This document shows, piece by piece, positions 26,785 through 40,828 of a stretch of DNA of 64,000 bases. A program made the translations under genes and the position numbers. The stretch is from Ylistrum balloti (Eukaryota): assembly GCF_031769215.1 (NCBI RefSeq), contig NW_026781981.1:1612001-1676000 (forward strand), given 5' to 3'. The notes under the pieces were generated by a model. It was given only the letters and a program-made list of their open reading frames with translations. It was not told the origin of the DNA and searched no databases. Each line of letters opens with the position of its first letter. Positions within the stretch are counted from its first letter, which is position 1.

Positions 26785-29700
26785 ATGTTGCGAATACTGA
26801 GTCGATCCACAGTGAGTATCCTTACTTTTAGGATTCTTAATAGATGCATTGGAGACATAGAAACCCTCTATTTCCGTGACTGACATCATTGCAAGCTTAT
26901 CTGTAAATGTGCGTTCGGATTGTTATCTTGATATGTGTCTGACACCTCCATGTTAAACAATTGCTGACTACTAAAAACGACAATTTTCAGGGCCATACAA
27001 AAACATACAGAATTTATACCGAATGCATATATATATATGTGAGAGTTTATTCATAGTAACCTCTGTGTACATATATACAATACCATCATTGTATTTTATC
27101 TGAAAATGAACATGCCCATTTTGTACAATTTAAGTTAAGTTAAGGTCCTCATCAGCTTCAACTTCAACACAACAGTTCGACTTCCGTCTGGCTCGGACAG
27201 GTGGCTGATTTGGATAGCAAATTAAAAATACTTTCACATCTACACTTGACATTGTACATGGATATCTCCTGTCTGTGTTCTGATGGTCATGAGCTGCAAT
27301 CATGATTCATGTCAAAATTTGAGCAAAATGAAAACTGTTGAATCTGAATGAAAATGAATAATTGATACTCTTTGTCTCAAAGTAAAATGTTGTTGATGAT
27401 GCATATAAATGTGCAGGTGAAATAAAAACAATTCTTACAAATAAAATACTATTCGAACCATATTGATCAAATTGGCATAACTAATTATAAGTACACTGAA
27501 TTAAAAGCAAGAAACAAGTATATAACAAGCAGTTTGACAGATAAAGAGGTCATACATGTAATTTCAAAACCTGTAAATGATTGTATACATACAGCAAAAT
27601 ATATACTAGTATACCCCAAATAGAATGAAACAACACATAGATTAAAGCATAAGTGATTTCCTATATATATCTGTATAAATTTTGCATGCAGATTTGATAG
27701 TGTGTTTTTATAATGTCCCATTATCGGACTTTTAAACTCTTTGCTTTCACCTGCACAGTTCAGTTTCCATATTGCTTTAGTCCAGTTTTTTATACTCCAT
27801 GCATCCCTTCAGATAATCTGATGGACTCTTGGGAAGATTTTACACCAGGGTCATATATCACACCATATCTATACACGTGATCAGATTTCAGTGGTCAACA
27901 TTCAAGGTCAATTTCAAAAGGTCACCCAAGACCATCTTTGCGTAAAAAAAATTATTTTTCAGTAATCTCTGAACAATGCATTTCATTATTCTGCATGCCA
28001 TGCATATATAGCATTATAGTTAAAAGTTCTATGCCTGATTATAAAAAGGTTTTAGTGGTCATCGATCAGTGTTAAACCTCAAAGGCTAGGCCACATTTTA
28101 ACTTGGCCATACATGTTTTAAAGTAAAGAACTTGAGTACAAGATGTCTCATGATAATTAGCACTGAACAGACATGGTTGATATTTATATGAAAAGATGAT
28201 AGAGGTATATCTATGTGAGCCCCAGCAGATGTACTTTGTTTTTAATTAATTTATTTATCTATTTATTTATTGTTTTGGAACAGACATACTGAAACAAATC
28301 TCCTAATCATTTAATTTTAAACTTCTAACTTATATGGAATTCAATCATGACCTATTTTGACTGGCTGTGATCAACAGTAGATCATTAGGCATATCTGCCA
28401 CTATGAAATGTGGTTATACATATATGTATCTGCATATTGAATATACAGATTGTACTGGCAGATAAAGTGGAATAGTGCTGTCATTTTCAAATAAGTTAAA
28501 GATGTCTACATTTGTGTTTTAAATTGTAATGGAAATTAATATGTGCAGCTCATCAATACAGTGTGTGTCCACCATTGGAATTGATGCATACTTGACAAGT
28601 GTGCTGAAAAATGCCTGGGGACTTCCATTCCATATTCTTACAAGTGCATGTGACAGGTCAATAACGTCAATAGCTGATTTTGGAGGCAACATAAGCAACA
28701 CTGCATCTCGTCCCACAAGTGTTCTATAGGCGACATATCCAATGACATTGCAGGCCAGGGCAGCACATTCGCATTGTTCTGGATCAAAAGTCGGTGACGG
28801 CCAACACAATGTGCAGACAAGCATTATCCTGTTGCATGCATGGTGTTTTGTTGCTGCACAAATGGAATGATGTGAAGCCAAATGATTTTGTGGAAGCATC
28901 TGATGCCTGTAAGTGTGCCATCCACATCCACATCTACAAGAGCTGTTTTCCACAAAATGAGATGCAACCCCACCCCATAACACTACCTATGCTGAATGGA
29001 CATCATGGAATCACACAACCGTCATTGAAACATTCACCAGCATGACAGTACACTCTAGAATGATCATCACTGCTGTCAAGATGAAGTCTGGACTCATCTG
29101 TGAAAAGAACATGTGCCCAGTTTCAAGCTTTAATCAATAAAACTGAGCAATACATGGACATTTTACACTGGCACAGTTTCTTTTTTCTGCTAGTATATAT
29201 ATTGTATACAATGGTAATCAACCATGTGATGTCACAATTCCAAATTCCAGGTAATGCTCAAAACACAAGGATTAAAGATGAAGTAGTACTGCCATTTTAG
29301 ATCTACTTAAAGATGTCTACATTTGTTTTTTAAAATGTAATAGAAATCAATATGTTTATATATATATATATACATATATGTAATGTTAATCAACCAGATG
29401 ATGCCACAATTCCGTATTCCAGGTAATGTACGCAACACAGGAAATAGGATTAGTTTATATAGTGACATATATTTAATGTACATTATATACACATACATAT
29501 TGATCTAGACAATTAATGCACCTTGGCAGCTTTAAGAGTACCAGGGTAAATAGTCATGAAGAGGCAATGACTAAACCGGTAGTCATTCTATCATAAAAAC
29601 CAGTAAATTTCCTGCTTTCATTTATCTGTGTGAGTACACTCCTTTTCCAGCATATACAGAGATATAGAAGGAAAGACTTGAAAAATTATTTTGAATCCAA

Positions 29701-32700
29701 CGGAATTTCGACTCAAGTGATTTCAAGACCACAAGTTTCAATTGTATTGTATATTAATTTGCTATACTTGCAATCAGTTTATTTTCTTTTTTCTTTATTT
29801 TGTATCGTTTTTAAATGACAAAAATACTGTTGGATTTTTTAAAAGCACGTAACTATAGATACAAGTTTAGTGCCTGACATCGCGTGGGTTGAGTGACATA
29901 TTCGATTGCTTTGACTGTAAATGCATGTTCATCATAACTTATACAGGCCTTCATGTTCATCTATATATTAAAAGAAGATTTTTGTCTCCCAAACATTAGC
30001 TTTAATATTAATTTAATTAATTAATTTAATATTAATATTGATTGACTAGGCCTAGCATATGCTACTACACACGCTGTCACATTCATGTTTAAAGATTTGT
30101 GGAATTTCTGAAAAATATAACTCAAACAATACGCAGATGGTAAAATTCTTTGCCATATGATCACTTACTAGTATTTAAATATATGTTAAGTATTCTTATG
30201 CATTTTTGGTGTGTCTGTCAGTGTAAATGTTTACAGATGAGTCTGGGCACTCTGATATCACAATTACAGGGGTGAAAATATAGGACAGTTCATGAATACA
30301 CATCTAGGTGTGTAGATAGTCTGAGGATTTCACTTAAACCTTACCCAATACATATATGCATGTAGTTATCTGGATCATGACCATAGACTAAAGTTCAAAA
30401 TGACGATCAGAATACATCTGTGGATGAAAACTTGTAGTACTGATCCAACACTGAACTTTATCAGCTGATGGTGATAGTAAAAGTTGTCATTACTTCATTG
30501 AACATTACATAGATCAAAATCAGGTACGTGCACTCTCCTTCTGGTGTCACAAATTAATTATCAGATATGATTTATTTCAGTTTTCTTTTAGCTAGCTCTC
30601 CCTCATTAATGATCTGAACTGACATTTCTTAAAATTTTCAATAAGTAGTCATGAGGGAGGGAACACTGTACAGCTGTGTATGTGTATTTTTAACAGATGA
30701 TTTGGCTATATAATTGGGACAACACAGTGTTCAATAGGATTACTATATACTGTGATCAGGAGACTTATTATTTGTTTCCCAATGCTCATCAATTAAAGTG
30801 GCAACCTATTTTTATACTGCATACATCAATTGAAGTCCAACCTAATGGTTTCTGTTCTAGACATTCCAAAGGTACAGTGACAGTTGCCCTGACGTACCTT
30901 GGAATAAAGCTTTAGTAGTCTGCTATATATTTGGTCATGTACACGTTATATTTTGCGTTCCTGAGGTGTAGTGAGAGTTGTGGGCCATTTTAGCATTAAG
31001 ATATCTAGCCTGTATGTTAAGCTTCTTTTGTTTCTGTATACAGTCCCGAGGAATAGTGAGAGTTACCCAGTGTACATCAACAGCCATGACACAGCCACCT
31101 CCAGGAAAGATGTTCTCTCTTCAAGCATCACTGCCCCGCCTTCCAGTCCCTCCACTCGAACAGACCCTCAACAAATACCTGAAGTCTGTCAGACCCTTAC
31201 TCAGTGATGAGGAATTCAAGACCACAGAACAGGTACTGTTGTGGCCATAACATACATTTTATATGGTATTGGATTGTGATATAATCACAGTATTTTTAAA
31301 TTTGATATTCTATTCTATTTGTAAAATGCTTTATCTACAAGACATGATACCTTTCTTTCACTGCAGTAAGGATGTTTAAATCATCATTCCTCTGGCATTA
31401 TCTGATGCAATAGTTTGTTATTAATTTTTACATGTATAGATTATGTGTAGGTTTCAAATTGGCCAACATTAATTAGCTAAGTCCTGAAGTACACCAAACA
31501 AGTTTCTGAAAGCAATCAAACTCTTTATAAAGGAGATTTACTTACATGTATATTATAAGAGTCAATGTTTGCAAGTGTTATTGTTATACTCAGCATTTTT
31601 CAGAAAACTGCTAGAAATACATGTATTTGTTAAGCATTGTGGATGTATTACTATATGTCCCCATTGTATATATTAGTTTGCAAATTGTTATTACTTTAAT
31701 GTTTTATATTTAAACTAGAACACCAAAATCTAAAATTATGTCACTCTTACATGGATTTCTTTTAATCTATACAGATAAAAAATACTTCATTGGTATATCA
31801 AAATGGATTACCTATATTGAGTAAATATTTGTGAGTCATTGTATTGTTAAGATGCGTTAAAATTAGGTTTGTTGATTATTAGGTTCTCTATTATCGTAAA
31901 TCATTACTAGATTGTGTTTCGGTTTTTCTAATAGATAGTACAGGACTTCAGTAGAAACCCAGGACCTAAACTTCAGAAACTTTTAGAGTACAAAGCCAAC
32001 CAGGAGGAAAACTGGGTAAGTAAAATTGAAGACTGAAAGTATATCATAATATGTATTTAAAAAGTTGTAAAATGTTGAGTAAACAGAGTGTTTTTTCATT
32101 TCATTCCCTATAAACACTACCTGTTGGTACTATATATACATGCAATGCACAATGATCAATTTGTGTAAACTTTTTTCAAACAAAATAATTTGGGTGATAA
32201 ATTTAATTAACTCTGTTGACATGATTTCTGAGATTTCTTGGTGACAAATTTCAGCTATCAGATTGGTGGATGAAGACAGCCTACCTTGAGTTTAGATCAC
32301 CTGTTCCAGTAAATGTTAGTCCTGGTATTGTATTCCCTCGACAGAGCTACCGAGACAAGGAAGGACAACTGAGGTTAGACTCTACAACTGTAGTGTACAC
32401 CTGTAAAAAATCACTGTGATATTGTAATGAAACTGGATGACAGTTGCTTATAGGTTGACTTTCAGTTATTGCTTGTTTTGATTCAATTAAATTAAATTAC
32501 TTGTAAAAGTTTAGTCTTAAACCAACAAAAATGTTTATTTTTCTGGTGATAATGACCAAACATGTTAATACAACAATTCACATCTATTGTATTTCCTTTA
32601 AGAATGCCAATAAATGTTACTCTATAGTGCTTTAACAAGTCCTTCCCCACGAAGAGGTAAATGTTACACATGACACCTATCAAAATATATTTATGTAGTA

Positions 32701-35700
32701 ACATTGCTCTCTAGTGCTTATTTCAGAAAAGACGTCTTTAAAGTTACAACACTATCAGAAATTATAATAACATCTTATAAAAATGACTATTAAGATGGCA
32801 TTTTAATGTCTGTTGTCTTTATAAATAGATCTTTTTTTCAGATTTGCATCCAAGTTAATTGCTGGTGTCTTGGATTTCAAGGTCATGATAGACACGTAAG
32901 ATTCTTTTTTTAAGGAAAATTCAATATTTTTTGTCTAGTTGGAGGGATAGTTGATAGTTTATTGTAAACATTTCTTTTAAAGATTAAGTGAAAATATTGA
33001 ACAAGATATTTGCCACTTACTTGTTGACCTTCTTCAGGAGAATAAATTGTACAGTGAACTCCAACAGGACTTTGTTGGTGACCTCAAACAGGGCATTGAC
33101 TTGTTTTGTGAACTCCAACATGACATTGTTGGTGAACTCCAACAGGACATTGATTTGTTTGGTGAACTACAACAGGACATTGGCTTGTTTGGTGACCTCC
33201 AACAGGACATTGATTTGTTTGGTGACCTCCAACAGGACATTGATTTGTTTGGTGAACTCCAACAGGACATTGATTTGTTTGGTGAACTCCAACAGGACAT
33301 TGATTTGTTTGGTGAACTACAACAGGGCATTGGCTTGTTTGGTGACCTCCCACATGACATTGACTTGTTTGGTGACCTCCCTCAGGACATTGATTTGTTT
33401 GGTGACCTCCCTCAGGACATTGACTTGTTTGGTGTCAGGACACCTTGTTTGGTCCCTCAGGACATTGACTTGTTTGGTGACCTCCCTCAGGACATTGACT
33501 TGTTTGGTGACCTCCCTCAGGACATTGACTTGTTTGGTGACCTCCCTCAGGACATTGACTTGTTTGGTGACCTCCCTCAGGACATTGCCTTGTTTGGTGA
33601 CCTCCTACAGGACATTGACTTGTTTGGTGACCTCCCATAGCATGCTGACTTGTTTGGTGACCTCCCTCAGGACATTGATTTGTTTGGTGACCTCCTACAG
33701 GACATTGACTTGTTTGGTGACCTCCCATAGCATGCTGACTTGTTTGGTGACCTCCCTCAGGACATGGACTTGTTTGGTGACCTCCCATAGCATGCTGACT
33801 TGTTTGGTGACCTCCCTCAGGACATTGACTTGTTTGGTGACCTCCCTCAGGACATTGACTTGTTTGGTGACCTCCCTCAGGACATTGACTTGTTTGGTGA
33901 CCTCCCATAGCATGCTGACTTGTTTGGTGACCTCCTACAGGACGTGACCTTCCATAGAATGTTGACTTGTTCAATTAACACTGACGAGAGACTGACATGT
34001 TTTATTTTCCAATGATGAAAAGTTCATGGTTATTGTGTCGTTCGGGTGTCTTCTGTTTTAGTCAGGCTGTTCCCAATTCGCTGGTATGGTTTGGTTCATA
34101 TTGGCATTAAGTATATTCTCTTTCATATACAGTGAACCTTTGATAATTTGAATACTGATAGTAGACAAAACTCACCATGCAGACTCAAATGTTGGATTTC
34201 CATAATACTAATTATATTCACCAGTCTGGAAATTAGAATTCTAACTTTTGGGAGTACTTTTGGGAAATGGAATGAAGTTTTCTTTGTAGTATTCCTGCAA
34301 TAGTATGGGCATTTGTTTTGTTACCACATGAAGAAAATTTGTTGTGTTCTGTTTCCTGTACCAGAGGTGTACTGCATACTGCTAGACACCATGTTTAATC
34401 CAAGCGACTGCCACTCTATCATCACCCAAAGCGTTCCCTTTTAGGACTCTTGTTAAAGTTAATGGTACTTCTATACAGGACCAATTGAAATAATTGTAAG
34501 GAAAGTATCAGAACTTTAGTCTAGTCTTGTTTTTAAACATTTGACAATTAATTTTCAATACCTTTATACATGGCATGTTCTATATGGAGAGAAATGTTGT
34601 TGTTTCCTAAGTTTTTTGTATGATACTAACTGGGATATATATTGTTATATTAACATAAATCGTAATGAGATGAAATAGATCAAAAATGTAATGAAAACTT
34701 GATATAAATTATAGAAATAGGAAATCATAGAAATGTGACATCATAGAAATGTGACATCATAGAAGTTCGAATCTAATAAGACTAATAACAATAGGGGAAT
34801 TGTCCCTCTATACTTTCACATATGTAATGAGGAAAAACATGGCATAGATTTCCATGTTATCATTCAACTAATAGATAAGAAAGTGAAATGAGAAGAAAAA
34901 ATCAATTTTTGAATTACAGTATTTCATTATGTTTAAATTGGTAAATCTCCTACACACATGTATTTAAAATACTTAAATGTGTTCATTATGCAGTCAGCTA
35001 AACCGACTCACTTGATTCTGAAAATAATTCCAGTTGACAACAAACTATCATCAACAAATTGGCCAGAAAATTGTGGCAAAACACCATAAGTACTCTATAT
35101 GTAAATTTTATTCAGAAAGAATGGATTATTAAATATGAATTAGTAAAAGATCATTGTTGATACAGAGCAGACATTCAAGGACTCATCTGCAATATTTCAC
35201 TTTAATGAATAGCGAAAACCTTCCCCTTGGAAATTTTAATTCTTATATAACTATTTTTGAAAAAGAAACTTACTCAAACAATAAAAGACATTTTTTTTAC
35301 AGTCAATACTATGTAGACATTTGAAAACAATCATACTGATGACTTCATCATCAGGTAATCAAGGGAGATAACCCTGGTTATATTGGTGATTGTCTAAACA
35401 CGACTGTCTGGAAAACACGTCATCTGGATGATTTTGACCAGGAAGGAAGGTGTTCAGATTGTCGAGGGTCCACTGTAGTACTCATATAATTACTGAGTGT
35501 AACTAGCAATTACATTGATACATTTTGTATTTGAAATAAGACAAAGGAACATAGTAATCATCACAGATCTTACAAAAATGTCTTTATCATAAATTACCTT
35601 TTTGGTCTATATTATAAATCACATTTTTGGTCTACAGCCAGAACTTGCCTGTGGAACACATGGGTAAAAAACCTCTGTGTATGACTCAGTACTACAAGAT

Positions 35701-38700
35701 CCTGTCTGCTTGTCGGACACCTGGTAAAAAGTGTGACAGTTGGGCCTGTTATCCACCGAACGAATCTAACGCTCCAAAGCACATAATAGTGGCTCACAAC
35801 AATCAGGTAAGTGTATCTACTCTGCATAAACTTCGAGGTTTGTGAGATTTGAAACAAACTAGTAGAAAAAGGAATGTATTGAATTTTACCTGTAATAAAA
35901 ATCCCCATTAATGATGTATAGGTTAAATATCTTTACTAGAGTATAGGAGGAATATTCAGGTGTAGAGAAAAAGGGGAAGGTGAAGATTGTTGAACTGAGC
36001 TATTGTCAGAATAATTGCCCAAAAAAAGCCTCAAAGTAAAATAATAATGTGAGTCAAAAACAATAACACTTGTTGTGAAACAAGTTTGAAAGCATCTTAC
36101 AACTAGTCAAAAGAAAATCACCTCTGTTGCAGTTTTTTTCACTAGATGTGTATGGTGCTGATGGCAGGCCCCTGTCTGAGGCCCAGATCTACCGTCAGCT
36201 GAAGAGTTTAGTTCAGGAATCAGCACAGGTGGCTACTCCTGTGGGACTCCTTACCACAGAAAACAGGTCAACTTGGGCCAAGGCCTACAGTGAACTAGTA
36301 AACGGTAACAAAATAATCTTGAGCTGAAAACCAGCTGATTCTTAGTAATATGCTAGCCCTAGATTTGAGGTTTATTTGTAAAACAATGCCTTTCAACAAA
36401 GCACACAACAATGCCAAACGTTTTTGTACATCAAAAAAACATTACAAATGATACGCAAAGTGTGATGTTTTTATCATATGCTGAAGAGCATGGCATCAAA
36501 CTAGATGGGCAGGATTTTGATGAGATCAAAAATCACTTCAACAAATGAATAGAAGTAAAGAAAGTAGTAACTTGAAAATCTGCATTGTGGTATTTTTCTG
36601 GCTTGATCTGTTGCATTTTTGTCTGATTTTTAGTTTTCTCAGGAATCAGGAATATGTTATTTCATGGATAGTTTTAAGCTCCCCACTGTATATACACAAC
36701 CCATCAGATCATAGCCAGTTCATTTCAGAGAACATTTCCTTGTTCATTGTGTTTTCTGCCCATGACACTTCTTAAGATACATAATACTCATGTATGTTTT
36801 GTTTTTGCCTTTTTTAACTGTCCACAGATCAGGAGAACAGTGCCAGCCTCAGAAAAATCAATCACAGTATTTGTTTAGTATGTCTTGACAACAACCTTCC
36901 ACAGGATATGAGTGATGAACGCAGTGTGGCAGCACAACAAATGTTACACGGGGGAGGTGATAGTCTAAACTCTGGCAATAGGTGGTTTGACAAAACGATT
37001 CAGGTAATCTGTTTACATCCTCTTACAACATCATGTATCAAGGTTACAATGTATATTTATAGCAGTAAAATCTAGTGATCTTTAAACAATTATGTATGTA
37101 TATCACTCTAAACTATAAACATTTGAGTTTTAAAACTGATGTAGATTATATAATCTGACAGTATATATAGATGTAATTCAATGTTTTGTTTCGGGATTAT
37201 TACCATAATTATACTGCAAGACATACACTATATCCCTTGTCACAATGCACATTGTGAATAATGCTGGGGGTTTTTAATGTTTTAAACTTCTTTTAAATGT
37301 TTGATAAGGATTCACATAAATAATGAGGGTGTGATCTTTGATCTTTTATAATACTGGCCACACAAATGTAGATAGTGACATATAAAATGTAACATCAATT
37401 ACTTTACAATTTTGTAACTCAATAATTTCTCATTTAGTTTCCATATTTATTTTCTTTTTTTTTTCTTTTTGTGACATATTTTTATTGTTATTTTTTTTTT
37501 CTTTTTGTGACATATTTTTATTGTTATTTTTTTTTTCTTTTTGTGACATATTTTTATTGTTATTTTTTTTTCTTTTTGTGACATATTTTTATTGTTTTTT
37601 TTTTCTTTTTGTGACATATTTTTATTGTTTTTTTTTGGTTTTTTTTGGTGACATGTTTTTGGATTATGGCCTAGGTTTTATATCAGTGCAGGACTAGGGA
37701 TGTACATGTTTCACAGACATAATTCTAGTAAGTTTACACAGGCTTTGTTAAAACGAATTATAAAAGAATAGATAAAAGTTGAAACTCAATCTTTTCTGCC
37801 TTCAGTTTGTGGTTGGGAGAGAGGGGATCAGTGGACTAACCTATGAACACACATCAGCAGAAGGGCCACCTGTTGTGATGCTGCTTGATCATGTCGTGAA
37901 ATATTGGTGAGTTCAATTGTAGGGCTTGGTTACAGATTCATGTAGCTAAAGCTGGACAGATATGTGACTGATAATCTACTACTGCCAGTTTCTGTGATGC
38001 ATTGATGCTTTTGTTTTTCTCACATCTGTTTTTCATGTATGAGGAAAAGAGACCTATTATAATTACATGTTATGCTGGGTACAGTTTTACTACCCTGGAC
38101 TATAGGATTTAGCTTCAATCTTCAAACTCCATATCCGCATCTGAATTATTAATAATTTCTCAATAACATGAAACAAATCCTTGTTGAAGTAATTATTTTT
38201 ACAGTTCTGAAAACCATTCACCTGGATCAGATACTCCAGCTCCAGCCACTCCCACAAAGCTCACATTCAACCTCAGTAAGAATATCAAAGAAATGATAGA
38301 CACAGCCCGGACACATCTGGATGTGTAAGTACACATGTTGCAGTTACCTCCCCTGTTACCATATGCCTTTCAAAAGATAAGTTGAATTTTGAAGTTGATT
38401 TTACAAAGACTTTTGTTGAATACCAGTATATATATACTTTCCAACAAGAATAGCTTATGTACTTGTATGCTACAATATGTTGTTAAACATTATAATCAAT
38501 ATACATGGAATTGTATCATTTATCAATGTGATGATTTATGATTTTGTAGGCTGGTTGACGATGTGGATCTAAATGTATTTGTGTTCAAAGATTATGGCAA
38601 GAATTTCCCAAAGTCACAAAAGATGAGTCCTGACAGTTTCCTACAGAACGCTATACAGCTTGCTTACTACAGGTCAGTATGTCTGATCCTGCTACACTGG

Positions 38701-40828
38701 CATGTACAGTTTACACAATCTATCATTACTAATAAGATTTGCAAGGGCCCCTGAAATAAGATGTTAAATATTGATGGAGGTAGACCCAAGTGAACTTAAT
38801 GTACCATCTGTATATTTTCCATAAATATTTTGTATCTGTTTGTGTTGAATAGTTAAGTGAAGTACTGTCCTTTCATTTCCTTTCCCCAATATTTTTTATA
38901 TGCTCTCTAGCCTGGAAATATCAAATTGAAAAAAACCTATAGATAAAAGGTTTTTATTTCAGCCCCCAGAATTACCTGCATTTATTACATTTATATGCAA
39001 ATATCACATTCTTTAATCTTGTTGTAAAATTGTTTGTATGTGTGCTTACTTGACCTGACTATAGAATACACAACGAGCCAGCACCGCATTATGAGACTGG
39101 TACATTGCGGATGTTCCACCTGGGTAGGACAGATACTATCCGCTCATGTTCAGAGGCCTCACTAGAATTCTGTAAAGCTTTTGTGAATTCAAATACACCT
39201 AAGGAGCGTAAGGTTGAGCTACTCAGGAACGCTGTACAAGCACACAAATCTTACACAAACGAGGTATGTCTGTAGTATATACAGTTGTCCAATCATCTTT
39301 GACTTCCTATCGTATATCAGGGTTCTCCATTTCATTTCTCATATATTATATAAGAACTATTTACTAAGTCTGTGCTAAAATAACAGAATATGATGTAAAT
39401 GGTATAATATATAGAGACAAATTTGTATTTTTAACATTTATGAAGGGGTAAACCAGTTGCAAAACTTCATGAAAAAAAAAGAAAAAACTATTCTTTATCA
39501 TAAAAACCTTGGTGTTGCAGGTGATACAAGGTAACGGTATTGATCGACATCTTCTGGGGCTGAAATTAGCAGCCATAAAGAATGGCATGAATGTACCAGA
39601 TCTCCATATGGACATGGCGTACACCCTCAGTACACACTTCAGAATGTCAACAAGCCAGGTACTAAAAAACACTTCACCTCAGACTCTCAGATCTACCACA
39701 CATGAAACGATATGTCAAGGGAAATTTCATAGTCGTTTTTTTTTTTTTTTTTTTTTCGAAAAAAATGTAACACCAAATATTTTGACAATTACAAAACTAT
39801 TTCTCTTTCCTGAATTCATGTACGATGATGTGAAATCGGAATCTGTTCTTACATACCAGTAATAATATAAATGCAAAAACCATTTTACATGTACCTGTTA
39901 TCCTTGCAGGTGAATTTAAAAGAAAAGTAACTTTTATTGAATTTTTGTCACTGCTAACAATTGCTCTAATGTCAAAATTCATAAATATACATATGAAGCA
40001 CATATCTCATTTATAAATAAACAAATGAATGAATAAATACATAAATAAATAAATAAATCATTATGATTTGAATTATTAGGTGCCAGCACACTCTGATTCT
40101 GTACTGGTGTTTGGTCCTGTTGTTCCTGATGGCTACGGTGTGTGTTACAACCCACAGGAAACACAGGTAGGATATGTTTCATCTATATAAAGTCTTATAT
40201 ATCTTCAATAAGAAAACCAAGTAGACACCAATAAGATTGTGTGATATTTATGTGAATAATGATGCCCAGGTAAGCTATCTTACTTTGTTCAATAATCAAC
40301 AGAGTATCTGCTTTAAAATTACTTTTTTTTCATTCCAAGAAAAATTAAAGATGTGATATGCATTATTAGCCTTTTCTTATTGGATGGATTTCTTTAAAAA
40401 CAATAATGTACATCATTGTTGAACATTATGCAAATGTAAATCTTTATAACCTGCCTGATTCATTTCATATACATAGTGCTTTGCTATAAAGCTACTATAT
40501 GACGATTATTGTATGATGTGATGCTAAATATTTTGATGGCCAAAAGATACCATATTTGTTAACAATGAAAATATTATTAGTGAGAGAAGGACTTTAATCA
40601 TGTATACATTGTATGCCATTTACCTTGAAGTAATTACTGGAGTAATGTTATAGTTTAGAAATATCTCCATGAACTGAAGATTTATTATCTATTTCTTAGG
40701 TACACTTTGGAGTATCAGCCTTCAATATAACTCCAGAAACAAACTCTAAGAATTACATCAACATGCTGAGGAATACACTGCTCGAGATGAGAGATCTATT
40801 CCAGGGATCTATGCAGTCCAAGCTCTGA
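26785..40828 (+). CDS. CRAT: Carnitine O-acetyltransferase, 627 aa, 15 coding exons: 26785-26811, 31044-31232, 31935-32015, 32255-32373, 32842-32895, 35638-35806, 36133-36304, 36828-37003, 37806-37906, 38205-38324, 38550-38672, 39065-39263, 39521-39658, 40080-40166, 40700-40828
   Basis: All introns are GT-AG with matching phases; exons total 1884 nt. Motifs: [24 protein letters not shown], catalytic [16 protein letters not shown] (carnitine-type rather than the ChAT VDN type), [24 protein letters not shown] and C-terminal SKL. Exon 1 (MLRILSRST) is less certain than exons 2-15. Confidence 0.95.
28453..29195 (-). mobile_element. Internally deleted, decayed Tc1 element in CRAT intron 1
   Basis: Minus-strand remnants include [15 protein letters not shown]-like, [21 protein letters not shown] and GGHT-like motifs. 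Degenerate TIRs are TACTAGCAGAAAAAAG (29195) and TACTGGCAGATAAAG (28453). The DNA-binding region is absent. Confidence 0.85.
33050..33970. repeat. 30-bp minisatellite (about 30 copies) in CRAT intron 5
   Basis: Unit GACATTGACTTGTTTGGTGACCTCCCTCAG, with an exact 30-nt period at 33481-33600. It explains the overlapping repetitive ORFs on both strands. Confidence 0.95.
37455..37660. repeat. About 35-bp T-rich tandem repeat, 6 copies, CRAT intron 8
   Basis: GTGACAT recurs at 37471, 37507, 37542, 37578, 37611 and 37648. Confidence 0.9.

Noticed and set aside
29850-30060. Helitron-like termini in CRAT intron 1
   Set aside because: The 5'-like and 3'-like signals are in incompatible orientations and too decayed to call.
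32988-33974. Long repetitive ORFs (319, 197, 179 aa and others) as real proteins
   Set aside because: They result from a 30-bp stop-poor repeat inside CRAT intron 5, are open on both strands, and have no phase-compatible exit donor.
34133-34165. CAGTGAACCTTTGATAATTTGAA as a MITE left end
   Set aside because: No matching right inverted repeat was found.
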